From Vulcanimicrobiota bacterium (GTDB taxonomy: Bacteria > Vulcanimicrobiota > Vulcanimicrobiia > Vulcanimicrobiales > Vulcanimicrobiaceae), in assembly GCA_003135555.1 (NCBI GenBank), contig PLCF01000025.1:45312-105572 (forward strand): a stretch of 60,261 bases of DNA. The letters run 5' to 3'. Below the pieces are notes generated by a model that did no database searches, was not told the DNA's origin, and saw nothing but the letters and a program-made list of their open reading frames with translations. Position 1 is the stretch's first letter, and every line of letters starts with the position of its first letter. This document shows positions 39,655 to 49,374 of the stretch, piece after piece. Made by a program: the position numbers and the translations under genes.

Positions 39655-39728
39655 ACGAGAGCGGCGCTATTTCGCCGGGCTGACCCGACGCGCTACAGCC
39701 GGTCGCAGGGGCGGCCGATGGTACGGGT

Positions 39729-42700
39729 GTGCGTCCCCGTCTGCGCCGCCTGACCGCGGCCGCGGGCGCCGTCTGTTTGACCCTGTCGGCGATCTTTTTC
39801 GCCACGGACACGGCACTCCGCGCGGCGCCGCTTTTGGCGGTCAGGCTCCATCTCCCGTTCCCGGCGCCGCGGCTCGCCCTGGATGCGCCGGCACCGGCGG
39901 GATCGCCCTCGCCCGGCGGATCGCCTACGCCCGCACCGCGCCGTCGCGGCGTTCTGGGCGATGGCCCGGTCGTCTTCAAGGGTAACGGAACCTACCAACT
40001 CGCCTTGACCCGCTCGAGCCGCAACGGCCTGATGCTGGGGAACGACAACTACTCGACGGCCTTGTCGATGGTCGCCGAGCGGCGCACCGAGCAGACCTCG
40101 TTCTCGGTCTCGAGCGCCTTCGGCTACGGCGCGGGGAACCTGTCGGCGGGGTCGCTGATCGTCGGGTACCGCACGCCCAAGTACGGCTTGACCTACGGGC
40201 AGGTCACCGGGCCCAGCGATAGCCAGCTCCAGATCGGCGGGTTCGCCCGCGGGCTGAGCCTCTCGGTGCCGGTGCGCAACGGCGACGTCTCGTACCTCGC
40301 CGCGACGGCGCAGCAGAGCGACGCCACGACGTATCGCGTGTACGGGCTGCGGCGGACCTGGAACGCCTTGGGCGGATACCTCTCGGCCTCGCAGTACTAC
40401 GGCCTGGGCGAACAGGGCGGCGGCCACGAGTCGATCACCGACATCGGCTACCGCCGTTACGGCGCGAAGCTTTCGACCGACAGCGAGTTCGCATTGTCGT
40501 CGATCCACGGCGTCGCCAACGCCCCCGACGGGATGAAGCTCGCGGCGGCGTTGCACGCCGATCTGCAAGGCAAGGACACGTTCACGACCATCGGCTTGAG
40601 GTTCGATCCGGCCGGATTTCAGACGCTCACGGGGGCCCTCGACGGCGGCTTCAACGGCGATCTCGCGATTCGCCGCCACTCCGAGCGCTTCGGCGACATC
40701 GACCTCAACCTCGGCCACAGCGACGAGCACATCGCAGGCTCGGTCCAGCACGACAATCGGCTGACCATCTCGGGCGGGAGGAGCTGGGCCCACGTCGGCA
40801 TGCAATACGTCGCCGGCCTCGACGGAACCAGCGGTGACGGGCTGTCGACGCTCCAGCGCACGGGGGCGTTGACCTTCAGCGAATCGCTGCGCGGTTTCGC
40901 GCTGGTCCAGACCTTCCAGGCGACGTCGGTGAGCGCCACGACGGGCGCCTCGACGCAGAGCCAGATTTCGCTGGGTGCGAGCCGCGCACTGTTGGGCGGC
41001 AGCGCGGCGTATCAGTTTTCGCGCAGCACCGCGCTCACCGGCTCGAGCACCGGCGGCGCGGTCGCGCAGTCGTTGTCGTATCGCCGCTCGGTCGGCAAGA
41101 AGCTCGACGTGCAGGTCGGAGAGTCGATCCAAGCCAGCACCAACAACGGCGTTCCGGCGCGCTTGCTCGACACCAGCGTCTCGCTCGTGCGGCGGTTGTC
41201 CAACGTCGTGGCGCTGCAAGTCACCGGGGACGTGTTCCACCAGACCGGCGTGGGCGGCGGAGGCGGCAGCGGGATCCAAGTGTCGCTGGTCGGTCCGTTC
41301 GGTTTCGGACAGCCGCGCCAAGGCTTCGGGCGCGCGAATCCGAACTTGCCCGCGGTCATTCGCGGCGTCGTCACGTACTCGACCTCGGCGAATCCGTTTG
41401 CCTACAACGCTCCGACGATACGCGGCTACAACAACGCGCTCATCGTGCTCGACGGTCGCGTTACGCAGCGCACCGACGCGAACGGTGAGTTCGAGTTTCG
41501 CTTCGTCTCGCAGGGAACGCACTCGATCCGCATCGACCCTGCGACGATCCAACCCGGCTTGATCACCGATCGCGAGTATCAAACGGTCCAGGTGCTGGGC
41601 GGTCAGACGACGACGATCCAGTTCAACGTCGGAAACTTCGCCGGGATCTCCGGCGTCGTCGTCGCCACCGACGCGAGCGGGAAAAAGCGCGGCCTACCCA
41701 ACGTCGGGATCTCCGTCGACGGGATCCAGGCGGTGACCACCTCACCCGACGGTCACTACTCGGTCGGCCGGCTCAGCCCGGGCGCGCACACCGTGCAAAT
41801 CGTCGAGTCGACCTTGCCCAGTACCGTCGCGCCGATCGGCGAGACGAAAAAGACCGTCACCGTGACCGCGGGGACGTCGATCCCGCTCAACTTCGTGACC
41901 ACGCCGCTGGGTTCGATCTCGGGCATGGTGGTCGCGCCCGGCGAGGGCGGGTTCGGCCAGCTGGGCGGCCTGCGCAACGTCTACGTCGTGGCCGAGCCTG
42001 GCGAGCACGCCGTGATCACCAACGACGACGGCTCGTTCGTCCTCGACAACATGATTCCGGGCAGCTACACGCTCAGCGTCGACCCCGATACGGTACCGGA
42101 CGGCTTGAGCGTCCTCTCGGGACCGGACGGATCGCTGGCATTGGGCGGCGGGGCCGCGCTGTCGGGGATCATCTTCCGCCTCGGCGCGGCGCCCAAGCAG
42201 GTCGTGTACACCTTCAGCGACGGTCGGCGCAGCCCGATCCAGGTCACCACCGATCCCGCGCCGGCGGCGCCCGGCGCGCTGCTCCACGTCGTGGCGCGAA
42301 CCAACGCCAAGGATCTCAAAGCGCTCTTCGTCGAGAGCGACGTCTTCGGCGGCTTTGCGCTCAAGCTGGACCCGCGCGCGGCGGCCTGGACGGGCACGGT
42401 GATCGTGCCGAGCCTGGCCAAGGGCGACTATGCCCTCAGCGTGACGGCGCACCGCAAGGACGTAACCGACGCCTCGGCACTGGTCCCGGTCGACCCGGCG
42501 GTTCCCCTGTTCGCGCTGCGCGTCAGCCCGCGCAACGCGCTGCCCGGCCACACGATCCGGGTGATGCTCAAGACCCTGGCCGCGGTCGACGAGGGTGACA
42601 CGCTGGTGTTCGAGGACGGCTACAAAGTGCTGCTTCCCAAGCCCACCGGCCGAGTCTTTGCCTTCGACATGCGGCTGTGGCGCAAGGGCCTGCCTTACGC

Positions 42701-42752
42701 CGCAACGCTAGCGACGAAGCGCGGGCAGACGTACACAATAAGTCTCCGTTAA
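39729..42752 (+). CDS. Usher-like outer-membrane protein: beta-barrel plus three carboxypeptidase-regulatory-like domains
   Basis: Signal peptide, amphipathic strands, repeats DANGEFEF/PDGHYSV/DDGSFVL followed by (P/Q)GxH/YxxxV/I. Confidence 0.7.
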   Translation: MRPRLRRLTAAAGAVCLTLSAIFFATDTALRAAPLLAVRLHLPFPAPRLALDAPAPAGSPSPGGSPTPAPRRRGVLGDGPVVFKGNGTYQLALTRSSRNGLMLGNDNYSTALSMVAERRTEQTSFSVSSAFGYGAGNLSAGSLIVGYRTPKYGLTYGQVTGPSDSQLQIGGFARGLSLSVPVRNGDVSYLAATAQQSDATTYRVYGLRRTWNALGGYLSASQYYGLGEQGGGHESITDIGYRRYGAKLSTDSEFALSSIHGVANAPDGMKLAAALHADLQGKDTFTTIGLRFDPAGFQTLTGALDGGFNGDLAIRRHSERFGDIDLNLGHSDEHIAGSVQHDNRLTISGGRSWAHVGMQYVAGLDGTSGDGLSTLQRTGALTFSESLRGFALVQTFQATSVSATTGASTQSQISLGASRALLGGSAAYQFSRSTALTGSSTGGAVAQSLSYRRSVGKKLDVQVGESIQASTNNGVPARLLDTSVSLVRRLSNVVALQVTGDVFHQTGVGGGGGSGIQVSLVGPFGFGQPRQGFGRANPNLPAVIRGVVTYSTSANPFAYNAPTIRGYNNALIVLDGRVTQRTDANGEFEFRFVSQGTHSIRIDPATIQPGLITDREYQTVQVLGGQTTTIQFNVGNFAGISGVVVATDASGKKRGLPNVGISVDGIQAVTTSPDGHYSVGRLSPGAHTVQIVESTLPSTVAPIGETKKTVTVTAGTSIPLNFVTTPLGSISGMVVAPGEGGFGQLGGLRNVYVVAEPGEHAVITNDDGSFVLDNMIPGSYTLSVDPDTVPDGLSVLSGPDGSLALGGGAALSGIIFRLGAAPKQVVYTFSDGRRSPIQVTTDPAPAAPGALLHVVARTNAKDLKALFVESDVFGGFALKLDPRAAAWTGTVIVPSLAKGDYALSVTAHRKDVTDASALVPVDPAVPLFALRVSPRNALPGHTIRVMLKTLAAVDEGDTLVFEDGYKVLLPKPTGRVFAFDMRLWRKGLPYAATLATKRGQTYTISLR

Positions 42753-42778
42753 GCCATTCGGCCCAATCTAAGCCCGGC

Positions 42779-42805
42779 TAAGGTCCCGGCCCGCTTTGAC
42801 GATCA
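42779..42805 (+). promoter_or_regulatory. Candidate sigma-28 promoter for major pilin
   Basis: TAAG-N15-GACGATCA. Confidence 0.5.
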
Positions 42806-42872
42806 AGCAACTAAGGGGCGACCGGATCGCCTCTTCAAGCAGCGTCCCACACACACTCGAAAGGATTCGAAC

Positions 42873-43634
42873 GTGAAAAGAGCACTGGCTGCTCTGGTCA
42901 TGCTGGGGATCGGATACGTCTCGACGGCGCCTAGTTCGGCTGCCGTGACCGTCTACGGATCGGCCCAGCTCAAGTACACCGTCAACGCCACGGCGTCAGT
43001 CTCGATCGCCACGAATTACAACGCGGCGGGCGCCCAGGGTCTGGGCGCGCCGAGCATTCTGGCGTCGGCCGCCGGCAACTGCACGGCGCCGGCCGCCGAA
43101 GTCGCGGCGACCCTGACCTTCGCCGGCATCACCCCGCCGGGCGGCGCGGGCTTCACCGGCTGCTACTACAAGAACGCGATCTCGGTCGGCGTTCTGTCCA
43201 ACGACGCGAGCGGCGTCAAGGTCGTCGAATACGCCGACGTGATCGCCGGGGGCGAGCAGATCTGCATGTTCCCGATCGACTCGACCCTTCAGGCCGCACC
43301 CTCGGCCTCAGGCGCCGCCGGCAACCCCGCGGCCTACGCCGGGGCGGCCTGTCCGACGGTCAACGCCGTCGCGGGTCAGAAGCTCACCGCGCTGGGCGCC
43401 ACCAACTCCGGCGGTGCCGGCTTCGGTGCGGCCGGCAACCCGGGCGGTACGGCCGTCAACGCCAACCCGCTGTACACGATCTATACAGCCGGCGGTTCGA
43501 CGATCTGCACCTGCGTGGGCAACAGCGGCGCGGTCTGGAAATTCCTGGGGCAGGACATCCAGCTCAACGCCGACGGGACCGCCGCATCGGGTGCGGCCTC
43601 GAACGTCATAACCGTCGCGGTCATCCCCCAGTAG
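42873..43634 (+). CDS. Putative major pilin (single exported beta-sandwich subunit)
   Basis: AAGGA RBS, signal peptide, N-terminal alternating strand GSAQLKYTVNA, several Cys, C-terminal strand NVITVAVIPQ. Confidence 0.65.
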   Translation: MKRALAALVMLGIGYVSTAPSSAAVTVYGSAQLKYTVNATASVSIATNYNAAGAQGLGAPSILASAAGNCTAPAAEVAATLTFAGITPPGGAGFTGCYYKNAISVGVLSNDASGVKVVEYADVIAGGEQICMFPIDSTLQAAPSASGAAGNPAAYAGAACPTVNAVAGQKLTALGATNSGGAGFGAAGNPGGTAVNANPLYTIYTAGGSTICTCVGNSGAVWKFLGQDIQLNADGTAASGAASNVITVAVIPQ

Positions 43635-43694
43635 GCTTCCGGCAGGCCCTCACGACTGAATCCTTCGCCCGGAGCGGCCGAGAGTAAAAGAGTG

Positions 43695-44480
43695 ATGCGC
43701 ACCTTGCGTCTGATTCGAACCCTCGGAACGAGCGCGGTCCTCGGACTCGCGCTCGCCGCTCCCTCGGCGGCGGATATCTCCGTCGACGTCTCTCCGGCCA
43801 AGTACGAGCTGCAGACGCAGCCCGGCAAGACCGAGACGTTCCCGATCACGGTCCGAAACACGAGCAGTGCCGCGGTCCATATCGTGGCATCGCTGTCGGA
43901 CTACGCGGTGGGGCCCACCGGAAACTACGCCTTCGCGCCACCCGGCAAGTCGCCGTTCTCGCTCGGGAAAGACATCAGCGTCAATCCGCGCGAGTTCGAC
44001 ATCGAGCCGGGCTCGTTCACCCAGGTACGGTTCTCGGTCGACATTCCCGCGACTGCCAGCGGCGAGTATAGCAGCCTCGTGTTTTTCACGACGCGGCCTA
44101 CCCGCAAAGGCGGCGGCCTGTCGATCGTCGAGCGGATCGCCTCGAAGATCTACGTCATGATCCCCGAGTCGACCCACATCGGCGGCGAGATCGACGACGT
44201 CAAGACGCAGTCGCTGGGCGACGGTCAGCACTACCTCGTCGATTTTCACAACACCGGAAACGCGCACGTGTACTTGAGCGGACGAGTCGAGATCAAACAG
44301 GGCGGAGCGGTCGTCGACCGGGTTGCGTTCCCGCAAGGGATGCTCGTCGAGCGCTCGGGGAAACGTTTGATCGACGCGCTCGGAAAGAAGCTCGCGCCGG
44401 GTTCGTACTCGGTGGTTGCCCTGGTAGACTACGGCGGCCCGAACCTTGTCGCCGGCCAAGCGAACATCACCGTACGCTAA
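43695..44480 (+). CDS. Periplasmic pilus chaperone-like protein (PapD-like two-Ig-domain)
   Basis: VDVSPAKYEL, ITVRNTS, VNPREFDIEPGSFTQVRF, FHNTGNAH. Confidence 0.8.
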   Translation: MRTLRLIRTLGTSAVLGLALAAPSAADISVDVSPAKYELQTQPGKTETFPITVRNTSSAAVHIVASLSDYAVGPTGNYAFAPPGKSPFSLGKDISVNPREFDIEPGSFTQVRFSVDIPATASGEYSSLVFFTTRPTRKGGGLSIVERIASKIYVMIPESTHIGGEIDDVKTQSLGDGQHYLVDFHNTGNAHVYLSGRVEIKQGGAVVDRVAFPQGMLVERSGKRLIDALGKKLAPGSYSVVALVDYGGPNLVAGQANITVR

Positions 44481-44517
44481 TAGCGAACGGATCAACGGAA
44501 CGGATTCCGGAGACCAC

Positions 44518-47500
44518 ATGCTTCACCTGACGCGGACGCTGGCGCTTATCGCCATCGTTGTCGCCGCCGTACTCGGCGCCGATGGGTTCGTCGCACTGGC
44601 GCAGTCGACTCAGTCGACGCAGCGCTCGGCGGGCGGCGTTCGCGCGCCCGGCGCACCGACCCCGCCGCCGCTTCCGTTCGGCGACCAATCGCGCGGGTCG
44701 CAAGGTGTAGGCCGTTCCATGAACGCCGGCGACGCCACCGAAGCTGCACGCCAGCTCTCGCGCTACGCGCTGCCGGGTTCTCCCAACAGCCCGCTGACGC
44801 GCTACAGCGGTCCGCGGCCCCCGATTCCCAAGCTGACCGAGTTGCTCAAGCACGGCGGCCGCCGCATCCAGTCGGCGTCGGGCGCTTCGATCACCTTGAC
44901 GGGGACCTCGTCGACCGCGTATCTCGACGACCAGACGCTGTCGTACGGCGCGACGGTGTATTGGCTGTGTCAGAATCTCAAGCCGACCACGAGCTATCGC
45001 TACATCGTCTTCTCGCCCGACGGCTACGCGTGGACCGTCTCCGCGCGCAACTACCCGGGCGGTGGCGGCTCGTACTCCGCAACCTTCACCACCGACGCGA
45101 GCGGACGCTGTGAGGTTGTCAATGGCGGCAACCTCGATCCGTACTACGCGAACCTCACCCTGCAAACGCCGCTGACGTCGTCGCCCTCGCCGGTCACGGC
45201 GATCGGAGCCGGCCGCGTCGGCGCGACCGATCCGCCGTACTCGGGCGTGTGGGCGATCGCCGTGCAGAACACCGGCACGAACCAGTACGAGGCCGTCGCC
45301 TACGCCGTGGTGCTGGGTACCCTCAACTTCACGACGTACTCCAACGCCGGGTTCACGACCAAGGCGAACGACTTCGCGTCGGGCACCACCGTCTACGTCG
45401 CCGCGGCCGGGCTCAACCCTGCGCATTTCTATTCGTTCGGGTTCGTCAACACCTCGGGCAACAATCTTCCCTGCGTGTTCACCATCCCGTCGGGTGCGCA
45501 GAACAACAACAACAACACCTGCTTTCTGCAAGGTGCGACCGGCGTGCTGCCCACCAGCGGCGGATACAGCGGCCAATGGACCACGCCTGCGGCCGGGGCG
45601 AACAGCGTCGGCACCTACTCCGTGCAGCTCTTCGACGCGTCGACGAACGACCTGATCTCGACCCAGCAGATCTCGCTCAACCCGGCCTCGGTCGTGTGGG
45701 GCGGGCTGGTCCCGTACAACGGCGCGACCAACGGGACCAATCTCGGCGACATCTTCGCGACCGACGGTATCCTCAACGCGAACGGAACGCCGGTCGCCGA
45801 GCAGTCGGTGACCGGTTTGACGTATTCGGCGACCGGACTGACCGCCGGCCACTCCTATCAGATGACCGTGAGCAACGCCAACGGCGTGGTCATGAGCGGT
45901 ACGACGAGCGACCCCAACGGACTGTTCGGACCGCAGGCGTATTCACCGCCGACGGCGGTCGCGATCGCCGGGACGGCGCTCCCGGCGACGAAGATCCCGT
46001 TCCCCATAAACCTCCCCACGGCGCTCACGGCGTTCGGGCAGACGCAGATTCCGTTCGCGCCCAACGTCTACACCGCCCAGCTCTACGACGTCACCGCGGG
46101 CGCGGTCGCCGGCTCGAAGTCGTTCTCGATCGTCTCGTATTCCGGGACGTTTCAGTGGACCAGCCCGCCCGGCGCCTACGTCAACGCGAACGCGGGCGGC
46201 GTCGCGACCAACGTCACGACGACGCTGCGCAACACGGCCGGCGTGCTGTATGGAAACTGGAACGGCGACGGCATCAAGACGATCACCATCACGCAGGACG
46301 CGGGAGCGAAGGTCACCCTCGGCGGGCAAGCCGGCGTGACGACGACGATTGACTCGTCCGGCCAGACCTGGAACATCGCCGCGACGCCGGCGACGATAAC
46401 GCTGACGCCGGCCGTCGCCGGGCAGTCGTTGCCGGTGAACGGCACGATCCCGGTTCCGTTCACCGTCGCCACGACGACCTGTCCGACCGCCTGCACGCTG
46501 CGCACGTCGATCACGCCGCTGCACGGTGTCCTGGGGAGCACGACCAATGCGACGATGACCAACGCGGCGACGAACGGGCTCGACGTGTTCAACTTCGGCG
46601 TGTTGGCGGCGAACACGCTGCCCACGTACCGGTGGCAGATCGGCGCGTACTCCAATGCCGGGCAGCTTCCGACGCCGCGGTACAACCAGATGATGTATCG
46701 CTCGGGCACCAACGGTGCGGCCGGCGGTACGTACACGATCACGCTCACGGTGACGAACAACGGCGCCCCGCAGGCGCTCGGAAACCTGGAGCTCGTGATG
46801 CCGTCGACCGTCGACCCCAACAACACGGTGCCGGCCTTGGTGTCGGCGACGATCAACGGCGTCAACAAGACGGCCAACTGGTTCATCGCGGTGGAGTCGA
46901 ACGCTACCGGACATCAAGACAACCGGCTGGGCAACAACGCCTTTGCGCTCGTGACGACGACCAATGCTGCGACCCTTGCGGTTGGCAAGACCGCGACCTT
47001 CGTCATCACGCTGCCGATTCTGGACACGGCGTTCCCGTTCCAGGAAGTCCTCGGCACCGCCGACTATTACAACTCGGCAGCCGAAGGCGGCGCGTCTTAC
47101 AACGTCGGCCCCGACAACGTCTTGAGCAACGCCGTCGCCGGCACCATAAACATCGACTCCACCGAGCTGGCCGTGTTCTCGCTCGACGCGACGTTGATGT
47201 CCGCCACGATCACGCCGGCGGTGGTCCCGGCCTTGGCCGGCTCGACCGCGACGCTCAAGTTCATCAACACCTCGACCGGGCTCGATCCCAACCCTGACTA
47301 CGTCAACCAGCTAACCTTCACAGTGCCGACCGGCGCCGTGCCCAGCTCGGTGACCGTCAACTCGCCCAGCCAAGGCGGGGTGACGTGGTTCGCGAACCCG
47401 ACCGGAACCGCGGGCCAATGGCGCGTCGAGCTGTGTCAGCCCGGTCCGGCGCCCTGTCCGGGCAATACCGATGCGAACGCGCTGCCGCCCGGCGCCGAGC

Positions 47501-48690
47501 TCGACATTACGTTCAACTACGCCGCGGCACCGACGATCGGAACCTATCCGATCGCCTGGGCCGTGCGCGGGGCGAACGGCAACGCCGTCGTCACCGCGAC
47601 CGCCGGGCAGCAGCCGCAGCTGGTGATCGCCAACACGACCGCGCAAACCAGCTTCACGTTCGTCGGCGGGTACACCGCGGCGCCGTCGTACCCGCCGGTC
47701 GCGCCGATCCAGCCGGTCACGGCGGGCAGCCAGCCGGTGGTCGGATCGTGGTCGAACTTCACCAACGGCAACGCGTTCGTCTTCGAGTTGCACAACAACG
47801 GTTCGACGGCGATCACCGACATCGACATCGCGATCCCGTCGTCGAACACCTCGGGTCAGGTCTTTGACGCGCAAGCCTGGCAGGTCATCGCGTCCTCGAT
47901 CAACGTCTACGGTTCGGGCGCGCAGGGCGCCAAGTGCCTGGCCAACGGCTACAACACGCTGACGCAGCCGGTGCGCGGATCACCGGGGACGCCGGGTCAC
48001 ATCATCCTGTCGGGCTGCAACCTGCCTGTCGGCCAGAATCTGGACGTGTTCTTCTACGCGCTCTCGCCGTACGACATCGGTTCGACCTTCAAGTTCCCGG
48101 CCTCGGTCGCCAACGGCGGTCCCGCGCCCAACCCGGTCACCAATCCCAACACGCTGGCGATCTATAGCCTCTCGAACACGGTGCGCGTCGTCATCGACGC
48201 GCGGCTCGCGATCCAGATCCCGACCGGCGCGGCGTACGCACCGGCGCTCTTCGGCGGCTCGACGCCGGCCGTCAACTGTCCCGGCTGCACGTTCACGACC
48301 GCCGGCACGTACCCGCTGATCAACCTCAACAACATCGTGGGGACCGTCACCGCAGTGGATTCGCTGGCGGCATCGGTGTACAGCGACTCCGCCAACGGGT
48401 GGAACCTCTCGGTATCGGCCGACGTGAACCCCGGGACCTCGAGCGGCCAGCTGAGCACCTGGGTCTCCGCGTCGTCCTCGGCGCCGGGTGTCGGAACGTA
48501 CACGCGCAGCGTGACCGCGGCGACGCTGGTCCCGACGGCCGGAACGCTCACGCTGTCGAGCTTCACGGGCGCGGTGCGCAAGCAGCCCATCGACAACATC
48601 ATGTCCTACACCGTCAACGTGAACCCGCTGTCCGTCAACAACAATGCGACGACGACGGTCACCCTCACGTACACGCTGATCGCGAATTGA
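44518..48690 (+). CDS. Large exported multi-Ig-domain adhesin with C-terminal pilin-like domain
   Basis: GGAG RBS, signal peptide, ~1390 aa Thr/Gly/Asn-rich; ends SVYSDSANGWNLSV...VTLTYTLIAN. Confidence 0.75.
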   Translation: MLHLTRTLALIAIVVAAVLGADGFVALAQSTQSTQRSAGGVRAPGAPTPPPLPFGDQSRGSQGVGRSMNAGDATEAARQLSRYALPGSPNSPLTRYSGPRPPIPKLTELLKHGGRRIQSASGASITLTGTSSTAYLDDQTLSYGATVYWLCQNLKPTTSYRYIVFSPDGYAWTVSARNYPGGGGSYSATFTTDASGRCEVVNGGNLDPYYANLTLQTPLTSSPSPVTAIGAGRVGATDPPYSGVWAIAVQNTGTNQYEAVAYAVVLGTLNFTTYSNAGFTTKANDFASGTTVYVAAAGLNPAHFYSFGFVNTSGNNLPCVFTIPSGAQNNNNNTCFLQGATGVLPTSGGYSGQWTTPAAGANSVGTYSVQLFDASTNDLISTQQISLNPASVVWGGLVPYNGATNGTNLGDIFATDGILNANGTPVAEQSVTGLTYSATGLTAGHSYQMTVSNANGVVMSGTTSDPNGLFGPQAYSPPTAVAIAGTALPATKIPFPINLPTALTAFGQTQIPFAPNVYTAQLYDVTAGAVAGSKSFSIVSYSGTFQWTSPPGAYVNANAGGVATNVTTTLRNTAGVLYGNWNGDGIKTITITQDAGAKVTLGGQAGVTTTIDSSGQTWNIAATPATITLTPAVAGQSLPVNGTIPVPFTVATTTCPTACTLRTSITPLHGVLGSTTNATMTNAATNGLDVFNFGVLAANTLPTYRWQIGAYSNAGQLPTPRYNQMMYRSGTNGAAGGTYTITLTVTNNGAPQALGNLELVMPSTVDPNNTVPALVSATINGVNKTANWFIAVESNATGHQDNRLGNNAFALVTTTNAATLAVGKTATFVITLPILDTAFPFQEVLGTADYYNSAAEGGASYNVGPDNVLSNAVAGTINIDSTELAVFSLDATLMSATITPAVVPALAGSTATLKFINTSTGLDPNPDYVNQLTFTVPTGAVPSSVTVNSPSQGGVTWFANPTGTAGQWRVELCQPGPAPCPGNTDANALPPGAELDITFNYAAAPTIGTYPIAWAVRGANGNAVVTATAGQQPQLVIANTTAQTSFTFVGGYTAAPSYPPVAPIQPVTAGSQPVVGSWSNFTNGNAFVFELHNNGSTAITDIDIAIPSSNTSGQVFDAQAWQVIASSINVYGSGAQGAKCLANGYNTLTQPVRGSPGTPGHIILSGCNLPVGQNLDVFFYALSPYDIGSTFKFPASVANGGPAPNPVTNPNTLAIYSLSNTVRVVIDARLAIQIPTGAAYAPALFGGSTPAVNCPGCTFTTAGTYPLINLNNIVGTVTAVDSLAASVYSDSANGWNLSVSADVNPGTSSGQLSTWVSASSSAPGVGTYTRSVTAATLVPTAGTLTLSSFTGAVRKQPIDNIMSYTVNVNPLSVNNNATTTVTLTYTLIAN

Positions 48691-48699
48691 TGGTGCGGC

Positions 48700-49374
48700 G
48701 TGTTGCGTAGACTGGCCGCGCTCGGCGCGACGATCCTGTTGGCCGGCGGGAATCCGAGCTTCGCCGGCGCCGCGTCGCCCGCGGCCCAAGGGTCGGCGCA
48801 AGTCAACTACAAGATCATGCCGACCGTGCGCGCGCAGGTCGTGCCGAACTACCTCAGCGGGTTCGGACCGACCGGCGGGCTGGGCAGCGGCTCGACGCCC
48901 GCGGCCGGAGCCAGCGCGGTGCTCGGCGGCGGGACGGTCGATTTCGGCAACGTCATCGTGGGCTACCAGTACCTCTACAAGTACGCGGCGCAGGTGAGCG
49001 TGCAGACCAACGACAGCGCGGGCTTCGTGGTCTACGGCGAAGGCGCGACCGACCTCAACGGCAGCAACCCGATTCCGGCGCCCGCGACCTTCCCGCTCTT
49101 CCAGACGCTGTACTGGCTGGTATCGGGTGCCGGCAACACGCCGTTCTCGCCCGCGACGTCGTTCAACCGCACCAACGGCAACCCGATCGCCGGCGGCGCC
49201 GGCGGGATCGACTACTCGGGCGTCGGCGGTAAGCCGTTGCCGGCGTCGGCGGTCTGGACCTACCCGACGTCGGGCAACGTCAGCCGAGGGTACGACTACG
49301 AGCTACGCCTGTCCGGCGCGATCCCGACCTCGCAGTTCAACGTCTACATCGTCTACACGGTGATCGGAAATTGA
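48700..49374 (+). CDS. Putative minor pilin
   Basis: Signal peptide; GSAQVNYKI similar to major pilin N-terminus; VDFGNV; ends YIVYTVIGN. Confidence 0.65.
   Translation: MLRRLAALGATILLAGGNPSFAGAASPAAQGSAQVNYKIMPTVRAQVVPNYLSGFGPTGGLGSGSTPAAGASAVLGGGTVDFGNVIVGYQYLYKYAAQVSVQTNDSAGFVVYGEGATDLNGSNPIPAPATFPLFQTLYWLVSGAGNTPFSPATSFNRTNGNPIAGGAGGIDYSGVGGKPLPASAVWTYPTSGNVSRGYDYELRLSGAIPTSQFNVYIVYTVIGN

Noticed and set aside
38291..39979. 562-aa N-terminally extended flagellin
   Set aside because: Extension crosses the sigma-28 promoter and the divergent gene; flagellin homology starts at 39550
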